NCBI GenBank assembly: GCA_964247055.1
Contig: OZ176052.1
Span: forward strand, 5,766,001-5,830,000
Length of the DNA stretch: 64,000 bases
Source: Paragordius varius
Taxonomy: Eukaryota > Animalia > Nematomorpha
Reading direction: 5' to 3'
The notes beneath the pieces were generated by a model. It ran no database searches. It saw nothing but the letters and a program-made list of their open reading frames with translations, and was not told the DNA's origin. Below, piece after piece: positions 50,998 through 64,000 of the stretch. The position numbers and the translations under genes were made by a program. Numbering within the stretch: position 1 is the first letter of the stretch; each line of letters opens with the position of its first letter.

Positions 50998-53380
50998 ATA
51001 ATAAATATATGGTAAGATGTAAGTTGCTTCGATATGTGTTTTTTTTTTCTTTACTAAATTTTTGTTAATTTATTTTAAAAAAACTTTGACGCTATTAAAT
51101 AATTTGCAAACACGTATTTCATATAAACATCGGAATTGGTAATTAATTTTTTAACTCATGGCTTCTAACATTGGACGTCTGGATACAATAACATTATCCT
51201 AAATCATAAAAAATCAAATATTGCATATTATTAGCTGGTACAATTGTAATAAAATTGGTAGTTACTTTTTAACATGGGCGTTTTTTTATAAATTATTTTA
51301 ATTTTTAATATGCATGAACAAACAATACGAATATCGAAGGTATAAAAGAAATGTAATGACTTCCAATTATTTTAATTAAATTTAAAAAAAAATTAGGAGC
51401 ATAAAAAATATTCTGTTTGGTAACATTCTAGAAATATTAACTACGCCTTTAAATCGACTTATATACGGTCTTAAGATGCGTATTACGTAAATGAAATTTG
51501 CGTAAAGAAGAATTACAACATTCGAGACTCGCTGCTACCTTGGATTCCTGTAAATTTGGATTATAATAAGTAAAATTTGGTTTACAAACACAATGATCTT
51601 TAAAGCTGTCTTTGTACCTTTTGGTGACTAGATAGGTTATACACTGGGCTTTCAGAGTTCGCTAATTTGGGAATCAAACGCTATATTTGAATAATAAATG
51701 GAGAAAATGACAATCGGCCAAACAGCTGGTTAAAAAATTTAGTAAACGCCTCAGTTTTATCAAATTAATAATATTAGAAAAGTAGAACCAAACATAACTC
51801 CAATAATTTTCAATTTTTACAAAAAGTGGTTATATCGTCACATTTTAAATTTATCGCAAAAAATTTTTTAGATAAAATTTTAACCATATAAAATTGGTAT
51901 TCCGATACTTTGTGGTAATAAAATAAAAATTTACACCTCATCGATGATTAAATTGGTTAATTTTTTGAATCAACATAAGGTTAATTATGGTTTATTTGAC
52001 TTTTTATGTTTAACAAACATAATAATTTGCTTATTGTGATTTTAGGCACGTATGATTTTTAACAATTTACACATGTAGATACGTCATCTTGAAAACCGTA
52101 ACCTAGTTTAATGGAGTTAATTTAGGTTGTTTAAAATTATGTTTGCAATCTAATTTAAATGTTTAAAAGTTTTAGGCTAAATAGCGATAATCAGATAATT
52201 GGCCCATTCTGTTTTCCTGAATTCATTTTTCTTACTCCTTAACACTTTAGCACGGTGCGCAGCAAAAAATAAATGTAAATAAACATATATCATTTGATAG
52301 CTAAAAGCTTCAGATGATTATTGAAATAATACATGCGGTTAAAATACTAGAAAAAAAGATATTTTATATTAGCCAAAATTAATAAATCGCATTTTTTTGC
52401 ACATTAGGTTAAATAAAATTATAGATGAAAATGCGTAAACTAAATTTTATTTGTTTAAATATAGCATACAGATAATTTTAAAGGCATAATATTATCACCA
52501 AAGATTTTATATTTTTTTCAGACGGTCCCAGAATTTCAAGAATATAAGAAAAATCGCATTTTGCTGTCAAAATTAAATCATAAAAACTCGTAAATATGCG
52601 GCAAAAGATTTTAATTTTTATTAAAACAATCATCAATTAATTTTCCCAATATATCGCCTTCAAAAAAATTTAAGCCTTATATAAAAAAGAAATTTCTTCT
52701 ATAATTTGCGTCAAAGCGGAAGCTGCGTATAATTATTACAAAACATTCAATAATTATATTTATGAATACATTTTCCATACGATTCGATGCAGAAAAAAAG
52801 ATATTTATCCCAGATGTTTGATTTGGGGATTTTTATACCCCAAAGCCGGAATTAAAAGTCAATGGCGCCAAAAATATTTAATCGGGTAAAAAAATTCCCT
52901 TATTGTGGGATGATAGATCTTTTTTCTGCATGGAATAATATGGAAAAGTGCTTATCGAATATATTTCTTAATTATGTAAGGCTTAAGTTTTTTTACGATG
53001 GGTTCTATATATATAGTTAATATATAATTGTTTTAATCAAAATTGAAATATTATACCGGATATTAACTAGAAGTTCCGATTCAAATTTGACCCAAACATG
53101 CGATTTTTAGCTTATATTCTTGAAAATATTTCAAGACCCTCCGAAAAAATGTAAAATCTTTGTTGATAATATTTTGCGTTTAGAATAATTCTTATACTAT
53201 ATTAAAACAAATAAAATTTGGTTGTCACGTTTTCATCTATTGTATTTAATTTTATTTGACCCAATATGAGATGAAAATGCAATTTTTTAATTATGGCAAA
53301 TACCAGAAAAATATAAAACTATTTTTCTATTATTTTAACCCTATATATCATTTTGATATTCATTATCCTGAAGCTTTTAA

Positions 53381-53950
53381 CACTTCGATTTAAATTGGGG
53401 TATCTAAATACCCCAGACAAAATTTAAGTTAGGATTTTTTAAAAACTACTGGAGGAAACGGTCCTAATTTAAATTTATGCGTCTATCTTAATAAAAATTT
53501 TATAAATATGGCAATATTTCCAACTAAAATTTTGTTTCGATAAAAAAGTTCCATCTCAACATATTTCGACGCCATTTTTATTTTACAAAATTTTTGCAAA
53601 ATATCGTTTTTGTTAGGTTTTAAGGGTAAAATTAAAGCTAATTTTTTATTTAAATTACATCCTACATTGACAGAAATAAAAAAGCGGTTTTTTTTGTATT
53701 ATTTTCCAATTTTACCAGTGCACACATGTCACGTTGAACAAATTTTTACATTTCGGTTTTAGCTTAAAATAAGTAATATCAATAAATATTTTTATATATT
53801 TCGGTTTATTAATGTTATATAAGTGCACAATTTTGCCATGGTTTTGATTCCTTCCATATTTTTTAAGGGATTTAATTTTAAACAGGGCTGGGGTATTTAA
53901 CTACCCCAATTTGAATCGAAGGACTAAAATAAATGTGATGTATCCAAGTG
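53381..53950 (+). mobile_element. piggyBac-like MITE (570 bp, TTAA target site)
   Basis: TTAA|CACTTCGAT ... ATCCAAGTG|TTAA with subterminal GGGGTATCTAAATACCCC palindromes; further copies at ~36600-37160, 62755-63295 and an interrupted one ending at 24130. Confidence 0.78.
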
Positions 53951-54434
53951 TTAACTCGAATGAAAGATGTTTGATTCATTAAACTTTATTTTTCGATCCC
54001 CATTTTCGCGCAACAGTATAGGAAGGGAACATCTATTCCAACTAAAAACTTGAATTTTAGGATCACTTTAAATTCAAAAATATGCATTTTACATAGCTTT
54101 ACAATACGAAAAATTAAATTATATACAATCCACAAACATCTTTCCTATAATTTACTAAAGTTTAATTCCTGATTCTACGATATTTTTATATTTGTATAAT
54201 ATTAAAAATATGTAACTTGTACAAATTACCAACTTTTTTAATTGGTTGTTAGAAGATAAATAATTTGTCTTTTGTGTGGTCTGTGTCTAAAATTAAAATA
54301 AACTATTTAATTATTTGATTTCCCAAACGCATATTTGAAGGTTTATCTTAACATATATATGGAATCTATCTTAACTATCGATATAAACGAAATAAAATAA
54401 GCAACAATAATTTATGAATAAAAATAATTTTTTA

Positions 54435-54941
54435 TTAGTTTTTTGGGAAATATTTTGGACCTGACTTCTTTTCATCCACTGTTCCACCCAGATCCAAGGG
54501 TACAGTTAGATCTGTATTACTTTTAGTGCCATACACTCCATAACTTTTTTCAATTTTATATTGTCTGTCAAATTTTTCGTTTACACAATCAAAAAGTTTA
54601 GCCGAATATTTAAAACCAACTTCGCAAATTTTATCGATTACCCTATCGCAATTATCTTCATTGGTACAAATAGGGGCAATTCCTTTATCTATAATAATAA
54701 AACAAGATAAAAAAAGTAAATTTTGCCGATTTTTCGCAGGGGGCGAAATAAACCAATTGAGTTCAATTTATGGGAAAACATTTTATGGAAAATAGATGAC
54801 ATCAAAAATTAATGTAAACCTAATCATATATACACACTTAAGCTATTTTTTCATACCGATTGGCATCATTGGAACCAGACATGGAAGCATTAGAATGATA
54901 ATTATAGGACAGTGTTTAAAAAAACTTATCAGAAGATTCAT
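54435..54941 (-). CDS. Small secreted 4-cysteine protein, orphan family, paralog 1 (~112 aa)
   Basis: Exon 54941-54857 (85 nt, MNLLISFFKHCPIIIILMLPCLVPMMPI, signal-peptide-like, phase 1) plus exon 54688-54435 (DKGIAPICTNEDNCDRVIDKICEVGFKYSAKLFDC..IEKSYGVYGT..VPLD..KN*). The C-terminus may splice onward. Confidence 0.65.
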
Positions 54942-56269
54942 AATTTTGTGAAAGAATGGAAAATGGACGAAATATAATTTATGCGTTACTTATTTTTTAA
55001 CATAAAAGTCATTTACATGACGAATTTGTAATAAACAACCAACCATTTTGACATAAAATTTAAATTTTTTACCTGTACTTTTTATGTTCACAAAAGACAT
55101 CGACTCATCTTATCTAGTGTTTGTGTAAAAATATTAAGCGAGATTCTTAACATATTTGTGGAAAAGTATTTCCAAAAAATGGATATGAATATTATATGTT
55201 ATGATTTTATACCGATATATATTTAAAGCTATTATAGTATTAAAAGTTTTTTAAAAAGGAATTGATTTAGTTATATTAAGTCATAATTTTTTGAGAATGA
55301 GCTAAAATCTGATAAAATATATATAAATAAATAAATAAATCTCATAGCAAACACACATCTTATTTAGTTACATAACAATTGTTTTTCAATTCTATCGGAA
55401 TCACCACATTGCCTGAATTTTTTACCGACCTGGGTGCGATTCGCTATTCATAAACTTATCTTTATTCAACAGATTTTGGTTAGGAAATATTCCATTCTTT
55501 TGGTTATATACTGTTTGGATAATTATTAATTAAGAAAATGAAAAATTATTTTTTTACAAAAATTTAACCTCAAATTAATATTAAAAACCATATTTTTACA
55601 TTTTATGAGATAATTTAATACAAAATCAAATTATAAATGAACTTTAATTTAACAAACCGATTTTTCAATAATTTTCATTATTTTTACCGATAAAATTAAG
55701 GCGTTAAATATCAACGTAGATAGATACGCAGCTTTGTTCTAAAAAATTTTTCGGATATAGTATCAACAGTCGATGGCCATAGGTTCCTTGACTTATTTAT
55801 ATGATATCAGCAAATTTTAAGCACAATCATAATCGTAAAATGCAATAGTTGAAGATAAGCTAAAAAGTTTGCATTGTAGTGGATATATTTAGGTTCCATA
55901 TTAATTCCTGGAAAACAATTAAAATTTATATTTAGTATGGGTCAAAAAATATCAAATTTTCGATATATATTTAAAAAAATTGAGAAATACTCAGTCATCG
56001 GAAGAGTATTTTTCTATAGGGTTCATATATAAGAGATTTTTTGAAAAAAAAGTTTTTAGCTCAATGCCATACACTATAACCGAATTCGCGCAAATATTTT
56101 GTGTTCATCATCCAGCATCAATCTTGCGTTTATATCGTATAATTTAATTATTTTTTTCATAATCATAGTAGGATAGTTGGTAGAAATTACAACGGTTTAA
56201 AAACTATAATCCAGCTCAATACGCAATCGTTATTTCGGATAATCAAAAAAGAAAAAAGATAATATACAT

Positions 56270-57048
56270 TTATTTTGTGTTAGGAAATATGTTTAAACTC
56301 AAATTTAACTTATTTTGATCCAATATCCCCATCGTTCTTTGATCTAATGGTATAATTTGATCAGAATTAGTAATATTAGTGCCATCTACTCCATAATTTT
56401 TTTCTATTTGATATTCGGTGTCATATTTCCTGTCCATACAATCGAATAATATTGCCGGATATTCAGCAATATCTTCGCATTTTTCACTTATTACCCTATA
56501 ACAATTATCTCGAGTGGTACAAATGGGGGCATTAGCTATAAAAAAATAAATATCTAGATTAAAGATGTCAAATACGCTGCCCCTCAAAATATTTATGCAG
56601 CCTGTTGGACATATTATGAAACGAATCAAAAAATTGAAAATTGAAAAATTGTTAATCATAATTTATGCTAAGTATAATTGTTATATTTTAATAAAGTTTT
56701 CTGACGTATGTTCTTTCCAAATTTTGGCAATGAACTAGCAAAAATTATTAAAATAAATAATGGTTATATTAGTTCGTAAATATTAATAAAGTTTGCGGCC
56801 CGTCGTATTTATCCATTTGTGTTGGCCACCCCTGATCTAGATTCTAGCCAGAATGATATAGAATGTTAGTTAGAGCATCACTGATTAATTTAAAAACTAG
56901 GTGGAAAATTTTTTTCTTTTTGATATCTAAAAAATATTTTTGTTTAGTAACATCTTGATATACCGATTGGCTTTTGAATCATACATGGAAGCATTAATGT
57001 TAGAATAAAGATGGAATAAAGTTTGAATAGATATAAAGGAAAATTCAT
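56270..57048 (-). CDS. Small secreted 4-cysteine protein, orphan family, paralog 2 (~116 aa)
   Basis: Exon 57048-56964 (85 nt, MNFPLYLFKLYSIFILTLMLPCMIQKPI) plus exon 56535-56270 (ANAPICTTRDNCYRVISEKCEDIAEYPAILFDC..IEKNYGVDGT..IPLD..TK*); same exon-1 length, phase and Cys spacing as paralog 1. Confidence 0.65.
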
Positions 57049-59913
57049 TTTTATTAATAAAAATGTAAATGATGACAAAAAAACTGTGTGCTATTTTTTG
57101 TACATATATGTAATTTTAATGTAACTGACTTGCAATAATAAACAACCAACCATTTCGACAAAAAAATTTAAATATTTTATCTGTACTTTTTGTGTGTTTT
57201 CGTACAAAAGCCATCGACTTACCTTATATCTCTATTGTTTGTGTAAAAATATTAAAACCAATCTTATATTTAATTCGAAATTTGTTTATGTGAATGTTTT
57301 TTTATACCTTGTTAAATTTAGTAAGGTTATTAATTTTATGCATGATACTCATAGATAAAAATTCAGAAATTATAAACTGGAATTAATTAGTGGTATAATT
57401 TTTACATATATATATATATAATACAAATAAAACCCGTTATAAATTGTAAAAAACATTATTTCGTATTTTAAAACAAAATTTGCACAAATTCGATTTATTC
57501 CGCTAACGAAATCTCAAAAGAATTTATTTTGATAAGTTTTGGTTGCTGCATTCCTAATATAAATATTTAATTACACTGTCTATATAATCCCATGTCTAAA
57601 CATATATATACGCATATATGCCCTAAGATTTTATATACTTTTTTATATTGTCAAAGCACAATGATTGAATGAATACACTATAGTTAAATTCCAAATTCAT
57701 ATATGGTATATTTTAAGAGAGATATTGACTATAGATATAGGACCTGATATTTGTTAGTTAATTAAACAGAACGACCAAAGAAAATCAGTTGTTTCTGCTA
57801 TTTATATTGTGTATATGGTTTATCGTTAGCATTTTGAATGCTTTTCAAATCCTTTTTGTTCTCGCCCCCATAATGCATTAAATATATTTAGATTTAAAAT
57901 GTTCTTTTAGCCTCTATAAATCGAGAGACAACTTTTTAAAATTTAAATCATTTACAAGTACAACCTGAAATATTAACCCATTAACCTTTGCATTATATTA
58001 AGCATAAAAAATTTAGCTAGCAATATTATACAAATAAAATTTTGAGTCTGAAAATGAAATACTTCGAAATCAAATAAAAATTTGTATCCTTAGTTCTTAT
58101 ATATTATTATTTTAATTTCCAATCTGTAATAATCACATAGGATATATTGTGGTATATTATGCTATTTTAGCTATTTTTAGACTGCACTAATTTATGTGTG
58201 TGACAAAAATATTATTATTAACTTAAAACAAATGGAAATTGCAGCTAAAATTTGATTGTGAAACATTTGCTCGCTTGATATTATGAGAGAAAAGCAATAT
58301 GCTTTTAAAGGATTGCCTTGACTGGCATATGGCCGACAATCCGGCCCCACACTTATTACTCAATACTTGATTCATCCATTTTTAGAACTTTTACTTAACA
58401 AAAACCATACTCAAACAAATCCATACAGTTAAAATTACCAAAATATACACATTTTTTTTATCAAAAGATAAGATTATAAAATTAATCCTTTTACAGGTTT
58501 AACAATTGAAACCCTAATTAAACATAGGCCTATCTGTGCGGGGAGTGAACGATTGGTTTAACTTTTTATCCGTAAGCTAAGCTACTTACCCTAAAAATTA
58601 TCTTAGGTCCCTTACTGGCCCGATTCCAAAAAAATTGATAGGCCGCAAAAAATAGTTATCTTGTCTCAAGGGCGATGCACCATATACTACCACTAAATTC
58701 ATAGTTGCATGACATATTTCTGGATATTTACACCCAAAATATGTAAATCAAAGTATTTAATAAATAATTAATAATCATATAAAAATCCTTTTAGGGCCGC
58801 GGTTTGCCCTGTGCTCTAGACTGTGGGGTTTCCGCAGAAATTATATTCCTACAAAAACTCGCTTGAACTGCCTTTTGATATTTTGTTTTTTATTATATAC
58901 TTTTTCTTACCTAAATATATCCAAAATACATTATTTATTCTAAAATTAAATCTTTACAATTGTTATAAATATATATTCACAGTAAAAATTGTAATTTTTC
59001 AACAAAAAAATATTAATTAGACAAGGGTTAAAGATAGGGAATAGAGATGTATATTGTTAATACACTTAATCTTATAATTCAAGTTTGTATTATGGCAAAA
59101 ATCAACGTTTAAAAATGCATAGCGGGTTTTTGGAAAAAAAATGTCTTTAAGTTTTTCGTTTAAACTCTCTAAAACCCTTTACTGTAAAAGTGTAAGCAGA
59201 TAAAAACAATATTTTCGGAGCTAAAATAGTTAAAGTTCCAACAAGAAATTTTTAAAATTGATTTTAGGTTCCAACATTTTAAGACTTATCTTGGTCCAAA
59301 AATTCATCATTCAAGGTTTTAGGGATTTTAATTTTCCGCTTTAATTAATTAACTAAGTACGTCTCATCTCAAAAATATCCGTTAAAATTGCAAAAAACAT
59401 ATAGGGGGTGGAAAAATCGCATTACTAAAAATTGATCACATTCAAAAACCGCATTTGCTGAGTTTTTCATAGGTTTGACTGCAATCCTGTGTATATATCA
59501 AAATATTACTGATTAGAAACTATAAACTCCTTCAATTAATCAGTGTTTTTGAAATATTTTTATATCTGATAACCAAAAAAATTAATTATTGTAAAAAAGG
59601 ATATTCACATATCTCTTTTTATATTAAGATATATAACATATTGATTTGAAAAATCAATCTTAAAATCAATCAAAATAAAATAAATTAAAATATATTGAAA
59701 AAATAATTTTGATAAATTTTAAATTTCCTATTGCATCTCTTAAGATATTTTTGGCAATAAGCTTTTTTAAATAAAATATGCATTTTTTTTATAACTTAAA
59801 GAGCCAAAGGAAAAAATTTAAGAAATTTGATACAATTTCGGCAAACTTGACGGCACTTACGGAAGCGCAAACTGTGGTTATATCGAAAAATCAAAAATTG
59901 ATTGCAGTAGATT

Positions 59914-59945
<32 letters not shown>

Positions 59946-60206
59946 GTATGTAAGTATTTTATTTCAAATTGATTACACTGCTCAACAAGGTTTCGCACCT
60001 CGCCATTTTTTGCATTTTCTGTTACCTAATGGAATGGAAAGGCCAAAACAAAAAAAATCGAGGTCGCCAATAGGATTTTTTTAAAATTTAATTTTAAATT
60101 TTGTATTTCTGAAAAAACAATTATTCCGCGTGTTTTATTTAAATATTTAAACAAGCAAATCGATACAAGTGGTATTCCAAAGCCAGGTTTTTCATTATAA
60201 TTTTAG

Positions 60207-60355
60207 AACCAAAATGCAAAAATGATCCAAATAGACCATCCCCAGTATACGATACCAGAGAAGATTTTTCATTAACGGACTCTGCAGAAAATGTTATTGA
60301 TGATCCATATAATAAAGCTTTATTAAATGCCGTCAATCCTTATATTAAATTATAA
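60207..60355 (+). CDS. Candidate terminal coding exon of an unidentified gene
   Basis: TTTTAG acceptor followed by a relatively GC-rich open frame (E)PKCKNDPNRPSPVYDTREDFSLTDSAENVIDDPYNKALLNAVNPYIKL*. No homology recognised; start not found. Confidence 0.3.
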
Positions 60356-62754
60356 ACTGCCCAAAATGCTGAAGGTTTGTTATCTCTCTTGCACGAGAAA
60401 TACGCCTTATCGAGCGGGCTTGTAATTCGACATAGAAATAGACAATAAAGAAATAAATATCATTTATAAAATATATTAATTACAAATTTTATGTATTAAA
60501 TAAAGGAGAATACGAAACTTAAAGAATATAGAATTAAAATAAAATGTTAAGAGCCAAAGAGTATTGAAAATCAAAAATATTTAAAATCTAAAAGGGCTAA
60601 TGTATGGTGTGGCGTTATAGATCCGGGCGGCTTGCACAAGCTCGGCAAAAAATCCCCCAAGCAATCCTATAACTATGCCAGATATGGCAAAGGGTAAATA
60701 AGGTGATCGTAAAGCCCAAGAGGAGAGACCAGATAATATAACGTAGTTAATTTCAATAAAATCCAGGGAATCAAAAGCTTAAGTTAATTATTTTCCCCTT
60801 ATTTGCAGTTAAATCCAAAAATTTAATTGTCAGCTTTGAGAATGAAGATTAGTGTTCACATTTTCAAAATATTTTTTATAGTGTGCCATAAAGGCCCTTA
60901 AATTTTTATTAATTTTGAGCTATATCATAAATACATTATAGGTTTTATTACATAAATCACTGGCAAGAAAACTAATCTAAAATATAATAAAGTTTTCCGC
61001 AAGGATTTACTCCTAAATTTTTCGATATGGAAGATGGAATCGATGAAACCACTAAAAATGATTTTTAACCAGTTTTATTATTTTGAGCCGAACGATTTTT
61101 AATTTTGCCTTACAAGTTGGAATTTTTTCATAAATTTTATTGGATTTTTTTCCTCTTAGCTTTTATGGTAATATTGTGTAATCGTGATCCCAAATAAGGT
61201 AAACCTATCAATTCGCATATTAGCTGATACTTTCCAAAAATTATACGAGTACTTAATAAAACTTGAAATGTACTGTAGCCAAAAAATTGAATATTGATTT
61301 ATAATAAAACTTGATGTGGTATAAAAATAATGAAATATTTTGCATAAATTACCATTCATTTCCAATCATTTTTATATAAGGAAGACTGATAACCATTATG
61401 ACATGATTAATATATGTATAGTATATTTTATTCTAAAAATTTTGTTATTTAGTTATATGAATATTATTCTTTTCCCCTTATCTTGATTAATTTCTTTTTG
61501 GTTTGGAAAAAAAATGAAAAAATTCAAAATTCCGAGATCGCATGCAAAACAATGCAAATTATTATGTATGCTATTGCCAATAAGTAAATTATGATATAAG
61601 AATCAAAAAATAAAATCAACTCTTGTGTTTATATGGATGTCATTTTCACAGATTAGAAAAATTATATGCTGAATGAAAGAAATAACATTTAAATATTGGG
61701 AATTTCGTTATTGGAAAAGTTTTTCGTTTGACATTGTGTCCAGTTTATTTACGTATGAATAAAGTAATCTTGATCAACTGATTTAACATATTTTTATTTT
61801 AAAGCGTAGTAAGCCATCTTACGTTTTTATGACATTTATTTTGAAATAATGTCCCTTTTTGGCTAACCCTTGTTAGGTGGTATTTTTCCATATTGATGAT
61901 TATGGATAATGTTGATGTAAAAAATATAATAAATGGTGCAATTGTTACGTTTAATAAGCGGAGCCAAATACTAACAAACGACGTTTGTGGTATTAGCGTA
62001 AAGGTTAGTATGTGACTTTATCAGGGTTAACCTTTGTAAAATTTGATCTCAATTGTTGTGTCGCATATCATTTTTAATTAGATTTTTTTAGTTTAAGCAA
62101 ATATTGTTTTAAAGCAATTTTCAAGTAAATAAACATATAGGCCTAAAAGTATTTTTTATTCATCTGTATATGTGTAGAGCGTGATTTAATCATTTTCGAA
62201 CAAACCCCTTAGTTCCTCCTCCCTAAATGGTATTACAAATATTTGTTTTAAGCAATCCTACATAAAGCGTGTTGGCTCATCGAATTCAAAGAGAACGATT
62301 CCTTTATAAATGTGTCTATACTTGGCCATTTTTTTGAATTAACCCGTTGGTTCGGTCCCATCCCATGAAATGGGGTCTCTAAACAATCGATTTCAACCAA
62401 TTTTGCGGAAATCATGTTAGCCTTTTCAAATTTAATAATAAATTTTTTTATTTTAATAATGCGTCTAGAGTATTGAGACTTTTATAATTTTCCTTTCAGT
62501 TTAAATCCACTTCGTAGAAACTTATGAATCCAGACACAGAGCCAATTTTAAAAATCAAAAGTTTATTATAATTTGGTGTCATATATAAAGTTAACAGTAA
62601 CGATAGCTATTATAGGCCATTTCGGTTTTCAAATGGATAGAAGGGAATTTAATTTACATTTGTCTGTTGCCATGTATTAGATTTTTCATTTTGTTAGTTA
62701 AATATTTATGAGCACTGTATTTTTTACTTCACAATTTTCAAATATGTAATTTAA

Positions 62755-63295
62755 ATTTGGATGCAACATATTCATTTTAGTCCTTCGATTTGGGGTAGTT
62801 AAATACCCGTAAATTCCTTGAAAAATATGGAAGAGATCAAAACCATGACAAAATGTTGCACTTATATAACATTAATAAACCGAAATTTATAAAAAAATTT
62901 AAAAAATACTTGATATTACTTGTGTTAAGCTAAAACCGAAAGGTAAAAGTTTAGTCAACGTGACATGTGTGAAATGCTAAAATTGAAAAATAATACAAAA
63001 TAAACCGCTTTTTATATTTCTATCAATGTTAGATGTAATTAATAAAAAATTAGCTTTATTTTAACCCTTAATAAATGAAGACGATATTTTCCAAAAGTTT
63101 TGTAAAATAAAAATGGCGTCGAAGTAGTTTGACATGACACTTTTTTTTCAAAACAAAATTTTATTTAGATATTTTGGCATGTTTATTTAATTTTTATTAG
63201 GATAGAAGCACATATTGGGACCGTTTCCTTTAGTAGCGTTTTCAAAATCTTAACTCAAATTTAGTCTGGGAGATATCCCAATTTGAATCGAAGTG
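62755..63295 (-). mobile_element. piggyBac-like MITE family copy
   Basis: Inverted homolog of 53381-53950, ends ATCGAAGTG|TTAA. Confidence 0.7.
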
Positions 63296-64000
63296 TTAAT
63301 AGTAAGAATCTCATACATGGCAGCTAAGTATATTAATCCCCTGTTAGCCATTTTAAATACTGGAATATATCATAGCTCTCGTTACAGTATATTGATTTTT
63401 GGTTAAATACATATTAATATTCCAGTTTTTTTTAGCGAATTAACAAAAATGTTTATAAAAATTTTGGTAAAAAAAATTTAATTTTTTATTTTTTAATATT
63501 TATTTTTTTAGGAAACGCGCCCAAGGCCATAAGCATATTTTATTGGCAGTTTCAATATTTATTCCATGCAGGCATTGAGTTTTTACTTTATGGCATGCAC
63601 GTCGTACTTGATATATCCAAAATATTTAATCTCTTGAAGTGATTCTTTGGAATTTAAACATGGCCCAAATATTACAAAAACTATCAACATATATACACAG
63701 ATTAGGTCAAGAATGGTTATTCGAAGACCCCGTGTCATTATTATTCTTCTCCTATTAGTATTTTTTTACCACAAAAATGTTTGAATCTAACGATTTAAAA
63801 CTCAAAAAATTGAACGGAAACAAAACCGAATGAACCAAATAACAGTTACAAATAATTTTTACAAGTTAATACCCAGCGGTAAGTGTACATACAAGGGGTT
63901 GGAACCAAAACTTTTTTAGTTCATTTATTGAGTCTATTTCTTTGTCTCTGTTCGAGTTCCGCACAATTTAAATAAATAGGAATGGATCAAATGCAGTTCC

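Noticed and set aside
62240-62420. GC-richer 55-codon minus-strand frame (MISAKLVEIDCLETPFHGMGPN..)
   Set aside because: No recognisable homology or linked exons.
63300-63784. Hydrophobic short frames (KYINPLLAIL; MVIRRPRVIIILLLLVFFYHKN) suggesting a signal peptide or decayed GPCR
   Set aside because: I could not build a phase-consistent exon chain or find diagnostic motifs; hydrophobic frames are common in AT-rich DNA.

Overview
Very AT-rich, intron-containing, transposon-laden animal (probably invertebrate) genomic DNA; the species cannot be identified from the sequence. The genes below were reconstructed exon by exon by hand, checking GT-AG boundaries and reading phase. (1) The 3' half of a PATJ/MPDZ-type multi-PDZ scaffold (+, 147-5239). 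(2) A convergent VLDLR/lipophorin-receptor-type LDL-receptor family gene (-, 7502-19497; 19 exons, 5' end not found) with an unusually long cytoplasmic tail. (3) Two intact, recently duplicated two-exon orphan class A GPCRs (+, 25285-26680 and 37544-38958). (4) ATG12 (-, 46696-~47042), which the ORF track misses. (5) STIL/SAS-5/Ana2 (+, 47082-50162), head-to-head with ATG12 and only 39-61 bp away. (6) A tandem pair of small orphan secreted 4-Cys proteins (-, 54435-54941 and 56270-57048). The rest is mostly nested mobile DNA: hAT, Tc1/mariner-type and piggyBac-type MITEs, a foldback element, a Helitron-like family, a mini LTR element, LINE remnants and a SINE. The strongest unexpected signal is a cluster of ultrashort introns at the ATG12-STIL junction (22 nt, 30 or 40 nt, and probably 23 nt), whereas the other 35 introns I could define in the window are 60 nt or longer.
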